Position numbers and translations under genes: made by a program. This document shows, one piece after another, positions 39,574-49,228 of a stretch of 64,000 bases of DNA. The stretch is from Sulfuricurvum sp. MLSB (lineage in GTDB: Bacteria > Campylobacterota > Campylobacteria > Campylobacterales > Sulfurimonadaceae): the NCBI RefSeq assembly GCF_000747095.1, contig NZ_JQGL01000144.1, forward strand, positions 1,758 through 65,757, in the 5' to 3' direction. Numbering within the stretch: position 1 is the first letter of the stretch; each line of letters opens with the position of its first letter. The notes under the pieces were generated by a model. The model saw only the letters and a program-made list of their open reading frames with translations, was not told where the DNA came from and ran no database searches.

Positions 39574-40716
39574 ATGGAACCATTTTCAATTGAAGAATCA
39601 ACAACTCTCACAGGAGCCCGTATCGTAGCGGTCGGTGTCGGCGGCGGCGGCGGCAATATGATCGGCTTCATGCTCAAAGAGCAAATCCCGGGCATTGAGC
39701 TGATCATGGCCAATACCGATGCACAGGTGTTGGAGCAGGGAAGCGCGGCAAGTAAAATCCAGCTCGGTGCCAAATTGACCAAAGGTCTGGGTGCGGGAAT
39801 GAAACCCGAAGTCGGCAAAGAATCGGCGCTCGAAAGCTATGAAGACATCGCTCGCGTGCTCGAAGGCGCCGATATCGTTTTCGTTGCCGCAGGCCTCGGC
39901 GGCGGTACCGGAACAGGTGCGGCTCCGATCATTGCAAAAATTGCCAAAGAAGTAGGTGCTTTGACAATCGCGGTCGTGACCAAACCGTTCTCATTCGAAG
40001 GAAAAAAACGTCTTAAACTGGCGGACGAAGGCCTCGAAGAGCTTAAAAAAGAATCCGATTCGATCGTCGTCATCCCTAACGATAAGCTTCTCTCGATCAT
40101 CGATCCGAAACTCGGGATCAAAGAGAGCTTTAAAATCGTTGACAGCGTTCTTGCCCGTGCCGTAAGCGGTACATCGGGCGTCATCCTCTCCAGCGGTGAC
40201 AACGATATCAACCTTGACTTTGCCGACCTTCAGACCGTCATGAGCCACCGCGGACTCGCGCTTATGGGCGTAGGCGAATACAAAGGGGACAATGCGGCCT
40301 ACGAAGCAATCAAAAACGCCATCGAATCTCCGCTGCTCGACAATATGTCAATCAACGGTGCGCTGGGAGTATTGGTTCACTTCAGCATGCACCCTGAGTT
40401 TCCGTTTATGGAACTCTCTGCAGCGATGGATGTCGTCCATAACAGCGTCGATGACGGTGCAGACGTTATCTTCGGTACGACGACCGATGCCAATCTGCCG
40501 CAAGATTACATTCGCATCACTCTGGTAGCGACCGGATTCGAGAAAAAAGCTTCTGCCGGAATCAACAACTGCGAATTTGAAAACAAAGAAGCGGTTGCCG
40601 CTACCGCCGCTGTTGCCAAACCGCGTGTAGTCGCCCGCCCTGCCATGGTTGCCAACGGCGATTACAGCGAAGACTTCCTTGACGTTCCGACGTTTATGCG
40701 TCAGCAAAGAGACTAA
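39574..40716 (+). CDS. ftsZ: Cell division GTPase FtsZ
   Basis: GVGGGGGN, the tubulin signature GGGTGTGAAP, and a C-terminal DVPTFMRQQ peptide. Confidence 0.97.
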   Translation: MEPFSIEESTTLTGARIVAVGVGGGGGNMIGFMLKEQIPGIELIMANTDAQVLEQGSAASKIQLGAKLTKGLGAGMKPEVGKESALESYEDIARVLEGADIVFVAAGLGGGTGTGAAPIIAKIAKEVGALTIAVVTKPFSFEGKKRLKLADEGLEELKKESDSIVVIPNDKLLSIIDPKLGIKESFKIVDSVLARAVSGTSGVILSSGDNDINLDFADLQTVMSHRGLALMGVGEYKGDNAAYEAIKNAIESPLLDNMSINGALGVLVHFSMHPEFPFMELSAAMDVVHNSVDDGADVIFGTTTDANLPQDYIRITLVATGFEKKASAGINNCEFENKEAVAATAAVAKPRVVARPAMVANGDYSEDFLDVPTFMRQQRD

Positions 40717-40727
40717 ACACTCTTTCC

Positions 40728-41018
40728 ATGCTCTCTTTTGACAAACTCATGAAGGCCAAAACGCTCCTTGGCCTTCATGATAAAGCTACCCTCTCTGAAA
40801 TAAAAACCCGCTACAAAACCATGATGCACCAATGGCATCCCGATAAACATCCCGATGATCCCGACGGCGCCCATGCCATGAGTACCCAGATCAACGAAGC
40901 CTATGCGACGCTCATAGAGTATTGCGAAAAATACGAATACAACTTTGATGAAAACTTTTTAAAAGAGCAGACCCTCACCCCGCAGGAGTGGTGGACGAAG
41001 AAATTCGGCGGACGTTAA
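40728..41018 (+). CDS. Stand-alone J-domain protein (96 aa)
   Basis: LSEIKTRYKTMMHQWHPDKHPDD contains the HPD tripeptide in a J-domain helix II/III context. No Gly/Phe region or zinc finger. Confidence 0.75.
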   Translation: MLSFDKLMKAKTLLGLHDKATLSEIKTRYKTMMHQWHPDKHPDDPDGAHAMSTQINEAYATLIEYCEKYEYNFDENFLKEQTLTPQEWWTKKFGGR

Positions 41019-41767
41019 TGAAATGCGATAGGTCCCTCGGAGCGGGCGTGGATAAACTGCTGAACAACCTCGTTCGTTGAATTTTTAAACGTCTCTTTGT
41101 CTCCCGATTCGACGATTACGCCATCAAACAGCATCGCATAACGGTCTCCTGCTTTAAAACTCTCATTGACATCGTGACTGATCAGAATGGAGGTCATATT
41201 GATTTCGTCGCGCAAGCGGCAAATCATCTGCGTGATGAAATCGCTGGTTACAGGATCAAGCCCCGATGTCGGCTCGTCGTACAAAATCACTTCGGGTTCG
41301 AGCGCGAGCGTACGCGCCAGCCCGACCCGTTTGCGCATCCCTCCGCTCAGTTCTTCGGGATAGAGCGATTTGACGATTTCGGGTTTGAGCCCTACCATCG
41401 ATATTTTTTCATCGATTTTATACTCAAGCTCTTTCGGGGTGAGTTTTTGGTGTTCGATCATCGGAAACGCCACGTTGTCGCGGATGTTCATGCTGTCGAA
41501 TAACGCGCCGTTTTGAAACAGGAATCCGACCTTCGTCCGAACGGCACGCAAAGTCGTCTCATCGGCGTTATCCACCCGGATACCGCCGACGGTAATCATT
41601 CCGCCATCCGGCTTAAGAAGACCGACAATATGCTTGATAATCGTCGATTTACCGCCCCCGGAGACGCCGAAGATAACGGTCGTTTTGCCCTTCTCGATCT
41701 CAAGGTTGACCCCGCGCAGGATTTGGCGTTTGCCGAAGCTTTTTGTCACGTTCTCGAAACGGATCAT
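41015..41767 (-). CDS. ABC transporter ATP-binding protein, MlaF-like
   Basis: Walker A GVSGGGKST, signature LSGGMRKRVGLAR, Walker B ILYDEPTSGLD. Confidence 0.88.
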   Translation of the reverse strand: MIRFENVTKSFGKRQILRGVNLEIEKGKTTVIFGVSGGGKSTIIKHIVGLLKPDGGMITVGGIRVDNADETTLRAVRTKVGFLFQNGALFDSMNIRDNVAFPMIEHQKLTPKELEYKIDEKISMVGLKPEIVKSLYPEELSGGMRKRVGLARTLALEPEVILYDEPTSGLDPVTSDFITQMICRLRDEINMTSILISHDVNESFKAGDRYAMLFDGVIVESGDKETFKNSTNEVVQQFIHARSEGPIAFH

Positions 41768-42246
41768 CGCTTCACCGCCATCAGATAAGCCCGGCGTGAG
41801 AAAAGAACCAAAAGCATCAACAGAAGAATTTTAAAATCGAGTTCGCTTGCCTTGTGAAGCGCTTCGAAATTATTTTCCATCGTCGCTTCTTCGCCCATTT
41901 GCTGATATTCGAGGATTTTTGGCGTATAAACGGCACTAAAGAGCAGAAGCGTCCCGACCGATCCGAGCGCGCTCAGGATCGCGATTTTGTCAATTTGCAT
42001 CACTTTGTAGCGGGAGAGTTCGTAGACAGTGATGAGCGCCGCCATGATGTAGCCCCAATAGCTAAAGCGGCGGAAAATCTCACCCATGATTTTTCCTTCT
42101 TCATAACGCGACAAAAGCGGTACGCTCAAAAAAAGTTCGGAGTGAAAAACGACAGCGGCGACGAAAATTCCCAATACGGCTACGGCACCGGCGGTCATAC
42201 CGACCAGCAGCAAATAGGTAACATCTATAACAGCTTTTTTATTCAT
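41764..42246 (-). CDS. Four-TM membrane protein (DUF4149/TMEM205-like, tentative)
   Basis: 160 aa with four hydrophobic helices. The family name comes from memory of the pattern only. Confidence 0.55.
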   Translation of the reverse strand: MNKKAVIDVTYLLLVGMTAGAVAVLGIFVAAVVFHSELFLSVPLLSRYEEGKIMGEIFRRFSYWGYIMAALITVYELSRYKVMQIDKIAILSALGSVGTLLLFSAVYTPKILEYQQMGEEATMENNFEALHKASELDFKILLLMLLVLFSRRAYLMAVKR

Positions 42247-43072
42247 GAATCGCCTTTAGCGTAAATCCCCGGTCGAATCCGGCCAGATCGGTATAAAATT
42301 CCAATGATTGTACCGCAAAAGATTTGAGATATTCCTGCACTTTAAGCCGTTGGTCATACCCCATTTCGCAAGTAAAAATCGGAATACGGCGCTCAAATAC
42401 CTCATCGAGCAATGCCCGGATGATTTCATCCCCGATTTCACCGCCGAACAGCGCGTTTTGCGGCTCATACGACAAATTGCTTTCAAGCGGCACGTCATGG
42501 GCGATATAAGGGGGATTGGAGACAAGCAGATCGATCGGTTCGTCCACACAGGAAAGCAAATTGCCTTCGCGCAGTTCAATCCTCCCGTTCAGACCGAAAG
42601 AGTCGATGTTTCTCCGTGCGACCACTAGCGCACGTGGGGAAATATCGACGGCGATAAAACGGGCTTTGGGCAGATGCAGCGCCAGAAGAATGGAGATAAT
42701 TCCGCTCCCTACCCCTACTTCGACGACAGTCATTTCACTTTCGGGATCAACGCGTTTCAGCACTTCGTCAACCAAATGTTCCGTTTCGGGACGGGGGATT
42801 AAAGCCCCTTCATCAACGTAAAACTCCCGAGAGTAAAAACTGACACGGTTGCTCAGATATTCAAGGGGTACGTTACGCGAACGTTTGTCGATCCATTCGC
42901 ACAGCTTCGGGTCGGTTTCGTCGATCAGATCATCTTGATGGGTAATGAAATAGAGCTGATCTTTGCACAGATAGGCCATCAACAGCAACTCCGCCTCCCG
43001 GCGGGGGGCTTCAACGACACCGCACAGCGCTTCGGTGATCTCCTCGTGAAGCTCTTTCAGTCGTTTGGACAT
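42239..43072 (-). CDS. prmC: Release factor glutamine N5-methyltransferase
   Basis: SAM motif VVEVGVGSGI and catalytic VSNPPY. Confidence 0.9.
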   Translation of the reverse strand: MSKRLKELHEEITEALCGVVEAPRREAELLLMAYLCKDQLYFITHQDDLIDETDPKLCEWIDKRSRNVPLEYLSNRVSFYSREFYVDEGALIPRPETEHLVDEVLKRVDPESEMTVVEVGVGSGIISILLALHLPKARFIAVDISPRALVVARRNIDSFGLNGRIELREGNLLSCVDEPIDLLVSNPPYIAHDVPLESNLSYEPQNALFGGEIGDEIIRALLDEVFERRIPIFTCEMGYDQRLKVQEYLKSFAVQSLEFYTDLAGFDRGFTLKAIHE

Positions 43073-44301
43073 GGATCGCTGTACCCTTCGCTTGTCTCGA
43101 CGCGGATATCCGCACCCAGCGCTCTAAGCCGCTCGATAACGGGAGGATGGGTCGTATGGAAAAAGCGGTATAGAGGATGCGACAGCGGAAAACTTTTATT
43201 TTCACTGACGAGCTTTTTCAGAGCGTTGACCAGATGTTCGGCACCGCCGAGTTCCGCACCGCTGCGATCCGCCTCGTATTCGTTGTGACGGCTCATCAGA
43301 CCAAATAGCGGCATGATGAAAAAGCTCACAACCGGCAACAGCAGTATAAAGAGCATCATCACAATATGCGGGCTGTGGGCGACTCCCATTTCCAGATAGA
43401 GAGATTCAGGCACGTTGCCGAACAGCGCAAACATCCCAAACAGCATCATGCCGACCATCGCAATGTTTTTGTACAGATCGCCGTGCGCGAAATGTCCCAA
43501 TTCATGCCCCAAAACGGCAATCAATTCGGATTTTGAGAGTTTTTGGATGAGGGTATCGAAAAGGATGACCCGCTTGGATTTTCCCAAACCGCCGAAATAG
43601 GCATTGAGCCGTGCGTCGCGTTTGCTGGCATCGCTGATAAATACGCCGCTGCTGACAAATCCGGTTTTGGCCATCAGCTCTTCGATGCTGTTTTTGAGTT
43701 CGGGATCTTCCAACGGCGTTACCTTGTCAAAAAAGAGCGCCCGTATCGTCGGGAAAAACATATTGATCGCGATGACGACCGTCATAATAAAGGCAAAACT
43801 CCACACCCACCAGTGCTCGCTCGAACCAATGATCGATGCGACACCCCAGACGACAAGCGATCCGAAAATAATCGTCAACAAGGTACTTATCAGTGTATCC
43901 TTGATAAATTGTCTCCCGCTGGAACGGTTAAATCCGAAACGCGCGTCAATTTTGAATTTTGCATACCATCCCAACGGAAGCATTACGAGTCCGTTGATCA
44001 AAATAAGCCCCATCACGGCACCGATAGTGTGGAACGTTTCGTTCTGGCTCATCATAGCACCGTCCAGCCACGCGACCATCCCGCCGATCCAGGCCAGAAA
44101 AAGCCCATATTCGATAAAGCCTTCGAGCATTGAAAGCTTCTCTTTGGCTACCGCATACGCCGCCGCGTCACGGTATTCCTTTTCTCCCATCAGCACAGCT
44201 GCTTTGCGTTTCATCTGATTGATGTAACCGATCTGCATTACGCTGACGTAAAGCCGAACCACTATGTAAAACGTATAGATACCGATAACGGTCGAAATCA
44301 T
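43057..44301 (-). CDS. M48-family (Ste24/HtpX-like) integral-membrane zinc metallopeptidase
   Basis: Multiple TM helices, HELGHFAHGD (HExxH) and a downstream NEYEAD glutamate. Confidence 0.88.
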   Translation of the reverse strand: MISTVIGIYTFYIVVRLYVSVMQIGYINQMKRKAAVLMGEKEYRDAAAYAVAKEKLSMLEGFIEYGLFLAWIGGMVAWLDGAMMSQNETFHTIGAVMGLILINGLVMLPLGWYAKFKIDARFGFNRSSGRQFIKDTLISTLLTIIFGSLVVWGVASIIGSSEHWWVWSFAFIMTVVIAINMFFPTIRALFFDKVTPLEDPELKNSIEELMAKTGFVSSGVFISDASKRDARLNAYFGGLGKSKRVILFDTLIQKLSKSELIAVLGHELGHFAHGDLYKNIAMVGMMLFGMFALFGNVPESLYLEMGVAHSPHIVMMLFILLLPVVSFFIMPLFGLMSRHNEYEADRSGAELGGAEHLVNALKKLVSENKSFPLSHPLYRFFHTTHPPVIERLRALGADIRVETSEGYSDPCPND

Positions 44302-44335
44302 AAACTTCCTTGTTTCAAAAAAAGCAATTCTACCA

Positions 44336-44533
44336 TTATTTCACCGGTACTTTTCCGATACTTTCCTCTACGCTTATCGTATCGTTTACATCGCCGTAAT
44401 AGTATTTCGCACCGACTAAAACAACTCCGATCATCAATCCGATCACAATGACCATCCAAACAATCCGTTTTTTCTCACCTTTGAGGGTATTGTAGTCCTC
44501 AATTGAGTTGAGGGTAGGTTCATTATCTTTCAT
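44336..44533 (-). CDS. Small single-TM membrane protein (65 aa)
   Basis: I chose the start at ATG 44533 (MKDNEP) because of a strong AAGGAGG RBS. TM segment IVWMVIVIGLMIGVVLVGA. Confidence 0.55.
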   Translation of the reverse strand: MKDNEPTLNSIEDYNTLKGEKKRIVWMVIVIGLMIGVVLVGAKYYYGDVNDTISVEESIGKVPVK

Positions 44534-44648
44534 AAAACGCCTCCTTGTTGCACATAACAGATATAGTAACCATCTTACCCTACAATCAGTTAACAAACCG
44601 CTCCTAAAATGACGATTTAAGTTTTTTTATTGGTTATTTTTATCGTCA

Positions 44649-45350
44649 CTATGTCCGCATTTTCAAAGTATAGCTCAGCGGCACGGTGATTCGAACCGAT
44701 TTGGGAGGTTTAGGAAAATAGAGCGCTGTCTTGCGGATCAGCGCTACCGCATCTTCATCGAGAATCTCATACCCGGAGCTTCCCGCTATCACAATGTCTT
44801 CGACTTCTCCGTTGTGCTTGAGACGAAACGAGACTTTTACGTTCCCTTCCTGACGGAGACGTACCGCATTGTTTGGGTACTTTCGGTTTTTGACGAGAAT
44901 ATCGCGGATGGTTCCCAGATGATCTTCCATATATTGCTCTTCAACGTTAACAGACTTTGGGGCCGGCGGTTGAGGCTTGGGAACAACGGGTTGTTGAAGC
45001 GGAAACGGTTGATCGGCCTGCACGGCAACAACGGGCTGAACAGTCTGCACAGGGACATTATCGATGCCCGGTGCAGATTTGTGCGGGACGGATACGGGGG
45101 CCGGTTCATGAATATTCCGTGCCACAGGTTCGCCTGAGGACTGCTTAACGGTCTGTTTAAGAGCAGTTACGTTCAATGAGCGTTCTGTCGGTCGTTCAGA
45201 CGTCTGTATCTCTGATAAAGTATTGAGCGAGAGTTCCAAGACAACTTCATCTTCCTTTTCCTCATCAGGCAGAATCATCAGGGCAAAAGCCGCCGTCATC
45301 AGACCTGCATGAAACAGCACCGATATCAGAAAAGAGTGTTTCAACTTCAT
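44649..45350 (-). CDS. tonB: Energy transducer TonB
   Basis: N-terminal anchor, Pro-rich spacer (PVVPKPQPPAPK), and a C-terminal TonB domain (YPNNAVRLRQEGNVKVSFRL...). Confidence 0.88.
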   Translation of the reverse strand: MKLKHSFLISVLFHAGLMTAAFALMILPDEEKEDEVVLELSLNTLSEIQTSERPTERSLNVTALKQTVKQSSGEPVARNIHEPAPVSVPHKSAPGIDNVPVQTVQPVVAVQADQPFPLQQPVVPKPQPPAPKSVNVEEQYMEDHLGTIRDILVKNRKYPNNAVRLRQEGNVKVSFRLKHNGEVEDIVIAGSSGYEILDEDAVALIRKTALYFPKPPKSVRITVPLSYTLKMRT

Positions 45351-45727
45351 GGTTTTCTCTTGGTAACAATGGAAATTTTCTCGATCTTTTGGAGTTTAAG
45401 TTGATCGAGAATAAAAATAAAATCATTGAAAAACGCTTTTTGATCCCCCAATACGCTTACACTCGCATCGCTGCCGAGTACGGCGATTCGGGATACCATT
45501 TCATCCTGCGATACTTCGGCCCCGTTCCAGAACATCGAACCGTTCTCATTGATTGCGATCTCGATTTTCTGCGGCTGCTGTATCGCACTTGATGCTTTGG
45601 GCAGATCGAGTTTGATCGCCCCCGAAGCGACAAACGTCGAAATGGTCAGGATAATGGCCAACAACACAAGAACGACATCGATCAAAGGAACGACATTGAT
45701 CCCCTCTACCCGCTTAAGCGCGCGCAT
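45347..45727 (-). CDS. exbD: Biopolymer transport protein ExbD/TolR
   Basis: 126 aa with INVVPLIDVVLVLLAIIL, the typical ExbD TM. Confidence 0.88.
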   Translation of the reverse strand: MRALKRVEGINVVPLIDVVLVLLAIILTISTFVASGAIKLDLPKASSAIQQPQKIEIAINENGSMFWNGAEVSQDEMVSRIAVLGSDASVSVLGDQKAFFNDFIFILDQLKLQKIEKISIVTKRKP

Positions 45728-46136
45728 CTTCCCACGCTCCCATCAATAAATCCATCTTACGTAGACACGCACTGTAAATCATCATTGACGGAATGGCGAC
45801 CAATAGCCCCAAGGCCGTTGCCTTGAGAGCCAGCGAAAGTCCGATAACGACTTGAGACGGCTCCATGCCACCGCTTTGGCCGATTTCGTAAAACACGACC
45901 ATGATCCCCGCGACCGTTCCGAGAAGTCCCACATACGGAGCATTTGAACCAATGATCGAGATAGCTGTCAGATGATTAGACAATTCGGCTTCTGCACGAT
46001 TTTTAGTCTCAAAACGCTCTATGTCCACCGAACGGTAATAAAAAAAACGCTCGATTCCATACGCAAATGCGACAACACTCATGATCCCCAAAATTCCCAA
46101 AGTCGAGTAATCGACTACCGCCTTCAATTCTTCCAT
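45714..46136 (-). CDS. exbB: MotA/TolQ/ExbB proton-channel protein
   Basis: 140 aa with GSNAPYVGLLGTVAGIM...ALKATALGLLVAIP. Confidence 0.88.
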   Translation of the reverse strand: MEELKAVVDYSTLGILGIMSVVAFAYGIERFFYYRSVDIERFETKNRAEAELSNHLTAISIIGSNAPYVGLLGTVAGIMVVFYEIGQSGGMEPSQVVIGLSLALKATALGLLVAIPSMMIYSACLRKMDLLMGAWEDARA

Positions 46137-46155
46137 TGTATTTTCCTTTCTTGAT

Positions 46156-46839
46156 TTACGTATCGGCCCATGTCCGAAGGAGATTGTGATAGATGCTCGT
46201 CAGTTTGACCGTATCCTCATCATCTCCCAATCGCTCGCGAAATGCCATGATCGACATATCCAGATCAAACAGCAGCCTTCGTCGGTCGGTCTCTCGAATC
46301 ATGCTCTCCAGCCAGGTAAAGCACGAAATACGTGCTCCGCGCGTGACGGGTTCAACCCGATGGACGCTAGAGGACGGATAAAGCACCATATCTCCTGCCG
46401 GAAGTTTGACGATTTGTGAACCAAATGTGTCCTCGATAACCAGTTCGCCTCCGTCATATTCGTCAGGATCGGAAAAAAAGAGGGTAAAGGACAAATCACT
46501 CCTCACCCGCTTTCCGCCGCCTCGCATTGTACGGATGGCGTTATCAACATGGTTGCCGAACGTGTTAAATTCGCCCGTGTAACAGTTAAACAACGGAGGA
46601 AAAATCTTTTTCGGCAATGCCGCAGTGAAAAACAATGCGTTATTGCTTAAAGCATCCAAAATAATCTTTTGAAGGGCAATCGCCGCATCGGAATCTTCAG
46701 GGAGCTGGAGATTGTTTTTTGCCTTTGCCGCCTGCGTGCCGCTGGTAACATTGCCGTCCACCCACGCAGAGGAAGCCAGTATCACACGGCACTGTGCAAC
46801 CTGCTCCGAGGTGAGGACATTGGGTATATGGAGTAACAT
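46156..46839 (-). CDS. piuC: Fe(II)/2-oxoglutarate-dependent PKHD-type hydroxylase (YbiX/PiuC family)
   Basis: [18 protein letters not shown]...[21 protein letters not shown] closely parallels the YbiX N-terminus, with the HxD...H facial triad context (GNHVDNA ... SSSVHRV). Confidence 0.85.
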   Translation of the reverse strand: MLLHIPNVLTSEQVAQCRVILASSAWVDGNVTSGTQAAKAKNNLQLPEDSDAAIALQKIILDALSNNALFFTAALPKKIFPPLFNCYTGEFNTFGNHVDNAIRTMRGGGKRVRSDLSFTLFFSDPDEYDGGELVIEDTFGSQIVKLPAGDMVLYPSSSVHRVEPVTRGARISCFTWLESMIRETDRRRLLFDLDMSIMAFRERLGDDEDTVKLTSIYHNLLRTWADT

Positions 46840-46858
46840 TGTTGTTTCCTTTGCCTAA

Positions 46859-46899
46859 GTTTTGATCTTGAAACATCGACAATGCTCCAAGATCAAAAC
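46859..46899. repeat. Perfect 12-bp inverted repeat GTTTTGATCTTG-N17-CAAGATCAAAAC
   Basis: Read directly from the sequence. It lies in the 84-nt gap between the receptor stop (46924) and the piuC start (46839). Confidence 0.7.
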
Positions 46900-46914
46900 T
46901 CCCCAAAAAGGGAG
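46899..46914 (-). terminator. Weak terminator-like hairpin after the 762-aa receptor
   Basis: The minus RNA is CUCCC-UUUUUG-GGGAG followed by UUUUGAUC. The stem is only 5 bp. Confidence 0.35.
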
Positions 46915-46923
46915 CCGTGATTT

Positions 46924-49206
46924 TTAAAAGAATTTATAATCCAATGTCATCTGAACGGTTCGCCCGGTTCCGGGGATCACAAATCCGCCGTTGATGTACG
47001 CTGATTCATAATACGTGGTATCCAAAAGGTTTTTCACGTTTAACTGGACCGAATAGTTTTTTAGAGCATATGCAATCATCGCATCGTAACGGATGTAACT
47101 CGGTGCGGTATTAGGATTAAAGACGTTGGTCGGACTTTCGTTTGCATAACTGTAAACGGCCCGATCACCCTTGCCTTCCAATCCTCCGCCGATTTTCCAG
47201 CCGCCGCCAAGTTTATAAGTTGTCCACAGATTGAAAGTATAATCCGTCGAATTCGGCGGTTTTTGACCGATGTACATATCATCTTTGCCCGGAGCGACTT
47301 CATCGACTTCCGGATCCATGAGTGCCACACCCGCGAATACATCCCAATTATCGGTGATCCGTCCTGCCGCTTCCAGCTCAATTCCATCGGTATGACGCTC
47401 TTTTGAGAGGATGGGATTGCTGGAAGCACTCATGACGTCAGTGTTGCGTTCCCACTCTTTGATCGTACGATAAAGGGCTGTACGCAGCGAGAGGTCACCG
47501 TCAAAAAGTTCAAATTTGGCACCGAGTTCATACGTTTCGCTTCGTTCAGGATCGTATTTATTTGAAAAAGAGTACAAATCTCCCGTCGTATTGAACGAAT
47601 TATTCCACGCGAGGTAATAATGTTGCTGCTTACTTGGCTGATACGACAATCCGGCACGATAGCTCATCTCGTTAAAACGGAGTTCTCCGTTTTGAACCAT
47701 ATCCGCTCCGCTGTAGTAATCCATATTCAGCCAGTCTTTGCGGAAACCTGCCATCACTTTCCAGTTTGGTGCCACTTCGACGATATCTTGTGCATAGACC
47801 GCCAAGGTACGCCCTTTGTAGCCGCCGCTGATGTTGCGTTCTTTGTTCCCGTATATCGCTTTATACGCTTCCGGAAGCGTTGAACCCGATTCCAATGAAT
47901 TCGGCAATTGAGCCGTCCATGCCCCTGTTGAACTCGTACGTGAATAGATAATCCCGTTACTTGCGACATGCCTTCCGGTAGCAGCGTCCGGTAATCCGTT
48001 CGCCGGTCCGTTTGCATCCGTAATATTCGGATAATACGATGCTAATCCGTCATGTCCCCAGCGGGTTTGCTCTTCACGCAAAAACTCAGTCCCGACCAAT
48101 GCTTCATGCTCTAATCCGAATGCTTCAAATTTCGTCGTAAGATCGTTTTGCCACGTATCGGTTTTCTCTTTCGCTCCGTTGCCTTTGGAACTTCGATTGA
48201 CCGAACCTGTGGCAGCATCATAGCCGCCTGGCGCTATTGCCCAGTTATCACGCAGATAATCGGCGTGTCGGACAACGGAGCGCAGCTGCGTGTCTTTGGA
48301 AAATTTGTGGGTGTAACTCGCGGTTGTGATGTTGACACGGTTGTCTTCATAATCATCCGTAAATCCGTAGAATACTTCATTTCCTACATCGGCCGGTCTT
48401 TTCGTCGCACTGTCGAACGGAACACCGTAGTCGGGAGTGATATGTGTTTTCAAATAATAATGCGACAGGCTAAACTCATTATCGGTGTTTAACCCAAACG
48501 TAATCGTCGGAGCAATACCGACGGTTTCATTATAAACATCGTTACGGGTACTGCCCGAATCCATTCCCATCGCATTGATGCGAAATGCCGTTGTGTCATT
48601 TAACATTGCATTGATATCGGTAGAAGCGCGTTTGTATTCTTCAGTGCCGACAGTAATGGAAAGCTTTGCGAAATTTTCTGCTTCCGCATCTTTGCTCACC
48701 TGATTGATAACACCGCCGGCTTGACCGCGACCGAATAGCATCGCTGCTCCGCCGCGCAGAACATCGACCGATTCAAGGTTAAACGTGTCCCGGTTGTACT
48801 GGGCTACGTCACGGATACCGTCAAGATACAAATCCCCAAAAGTATAAAACCCGCGAAGATTCATGTTGTCGCCGATACGACCTCCTTCGGCAGCATTAAA
48901 TGTTAGCCCCGAAACATTACTCAGCGCCTCTTTGAGGGTAAATTCGGATTTGTCGTGCAGCAGTTCTTTGGTCACTACGGTAATCGCCTGCGGCACGTCA
49001 TGTGCAAGCTGCCCTGTTTTGGCCGTTTTAGAAATTCCCGGCTGATAACGCGGCAATTCAATCTCGACGGTCTCTTGGATATCGATCGATTTGATCGTTG
49101 CGTTGGAATCGGCAGAATCTGCCAACAATGAACTCGCACTCATGCTTAGAAGCATTGCCCCGATCGGAAGAGTACGAGAAGTAAAAAAACGATTATGGTA
49201 GGCCAT
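46924..49206 (-). CDS. TonB-dependent siderophore receptor
   Basis: Signal peptide, plug (VTKELLHDKSEFTLKEALSNVSGL, RGF) and a barrel ending ...TLDYKFF. I chose the start at ATG 49206 (AAGGAG 5 nt upstream) instead of the track GTG at 49212. Confidence 0.92.
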   Translation of the reverse strand: MAYHNRFFTSRTLPIGAMLLSMSASSLLADSADSNATIKSIDIQETVEIELPRYQPGISKTAKTGQLAHDVPQAITVVTKELLHDKSEFTLKEALSNVSGLTFNAAEGGRIGDNMNLRGFYTFGDLYLDGIRDVAQYNRDTFNLESVDVLRGGAAMLFGRGQAGGVINQVSKDAEAENFAKLSITVGTEEYKRASTDINAMLNDTTAFRINAMGMDSGSTRNDVYNETVGIAPTITFGLNTDNEFSLSHYYLKTHITPDYGVPFDSATKRPADVGNEVFYGFTDDYEDNRVNITTASYTHKFSKDTQLRSVVRHADYLRDNWAIAPGGYDAATGSVNRSSKGNGAKEKTDTWQNDLTTKFEAFGLEHEALVGTEFLREEQTRWGHDGLASYYPNITDANGPANGLPDAATGRHVASNGIIYSRTSSTGAWTAQLPNSLESGSTLPEAYKAIYGNKERNISGGYKGRTLAVYAQDIVEVAPNWKVMAGFRKDWLNMDYYSGADMVQNGELRFNEMSYRAGLSYQPSKQQHYYLAWNNSFNTTGDLYSFSNKYDPERSETYELGAKFELFDGDLSLRTALYRTIKEWERNTDVMSASSNPILSKERHTDGIELEAAGRITDNWDVFAGVALMDPEVDEVAPGKDDMYIGQKPPNSTDYTFNLWTTYKLGGGWKIGGGLEGKGDRAVYSYANESPTNVFNPNTAPSYIRYDAMIAYALKNYSVQLNVKNLLDTTYYESAYINGGFVIPGTGRTVQMTLDYKFF

Positions 49207-49228
49207 TGGCACTCCTTAAGTTTAGGAA

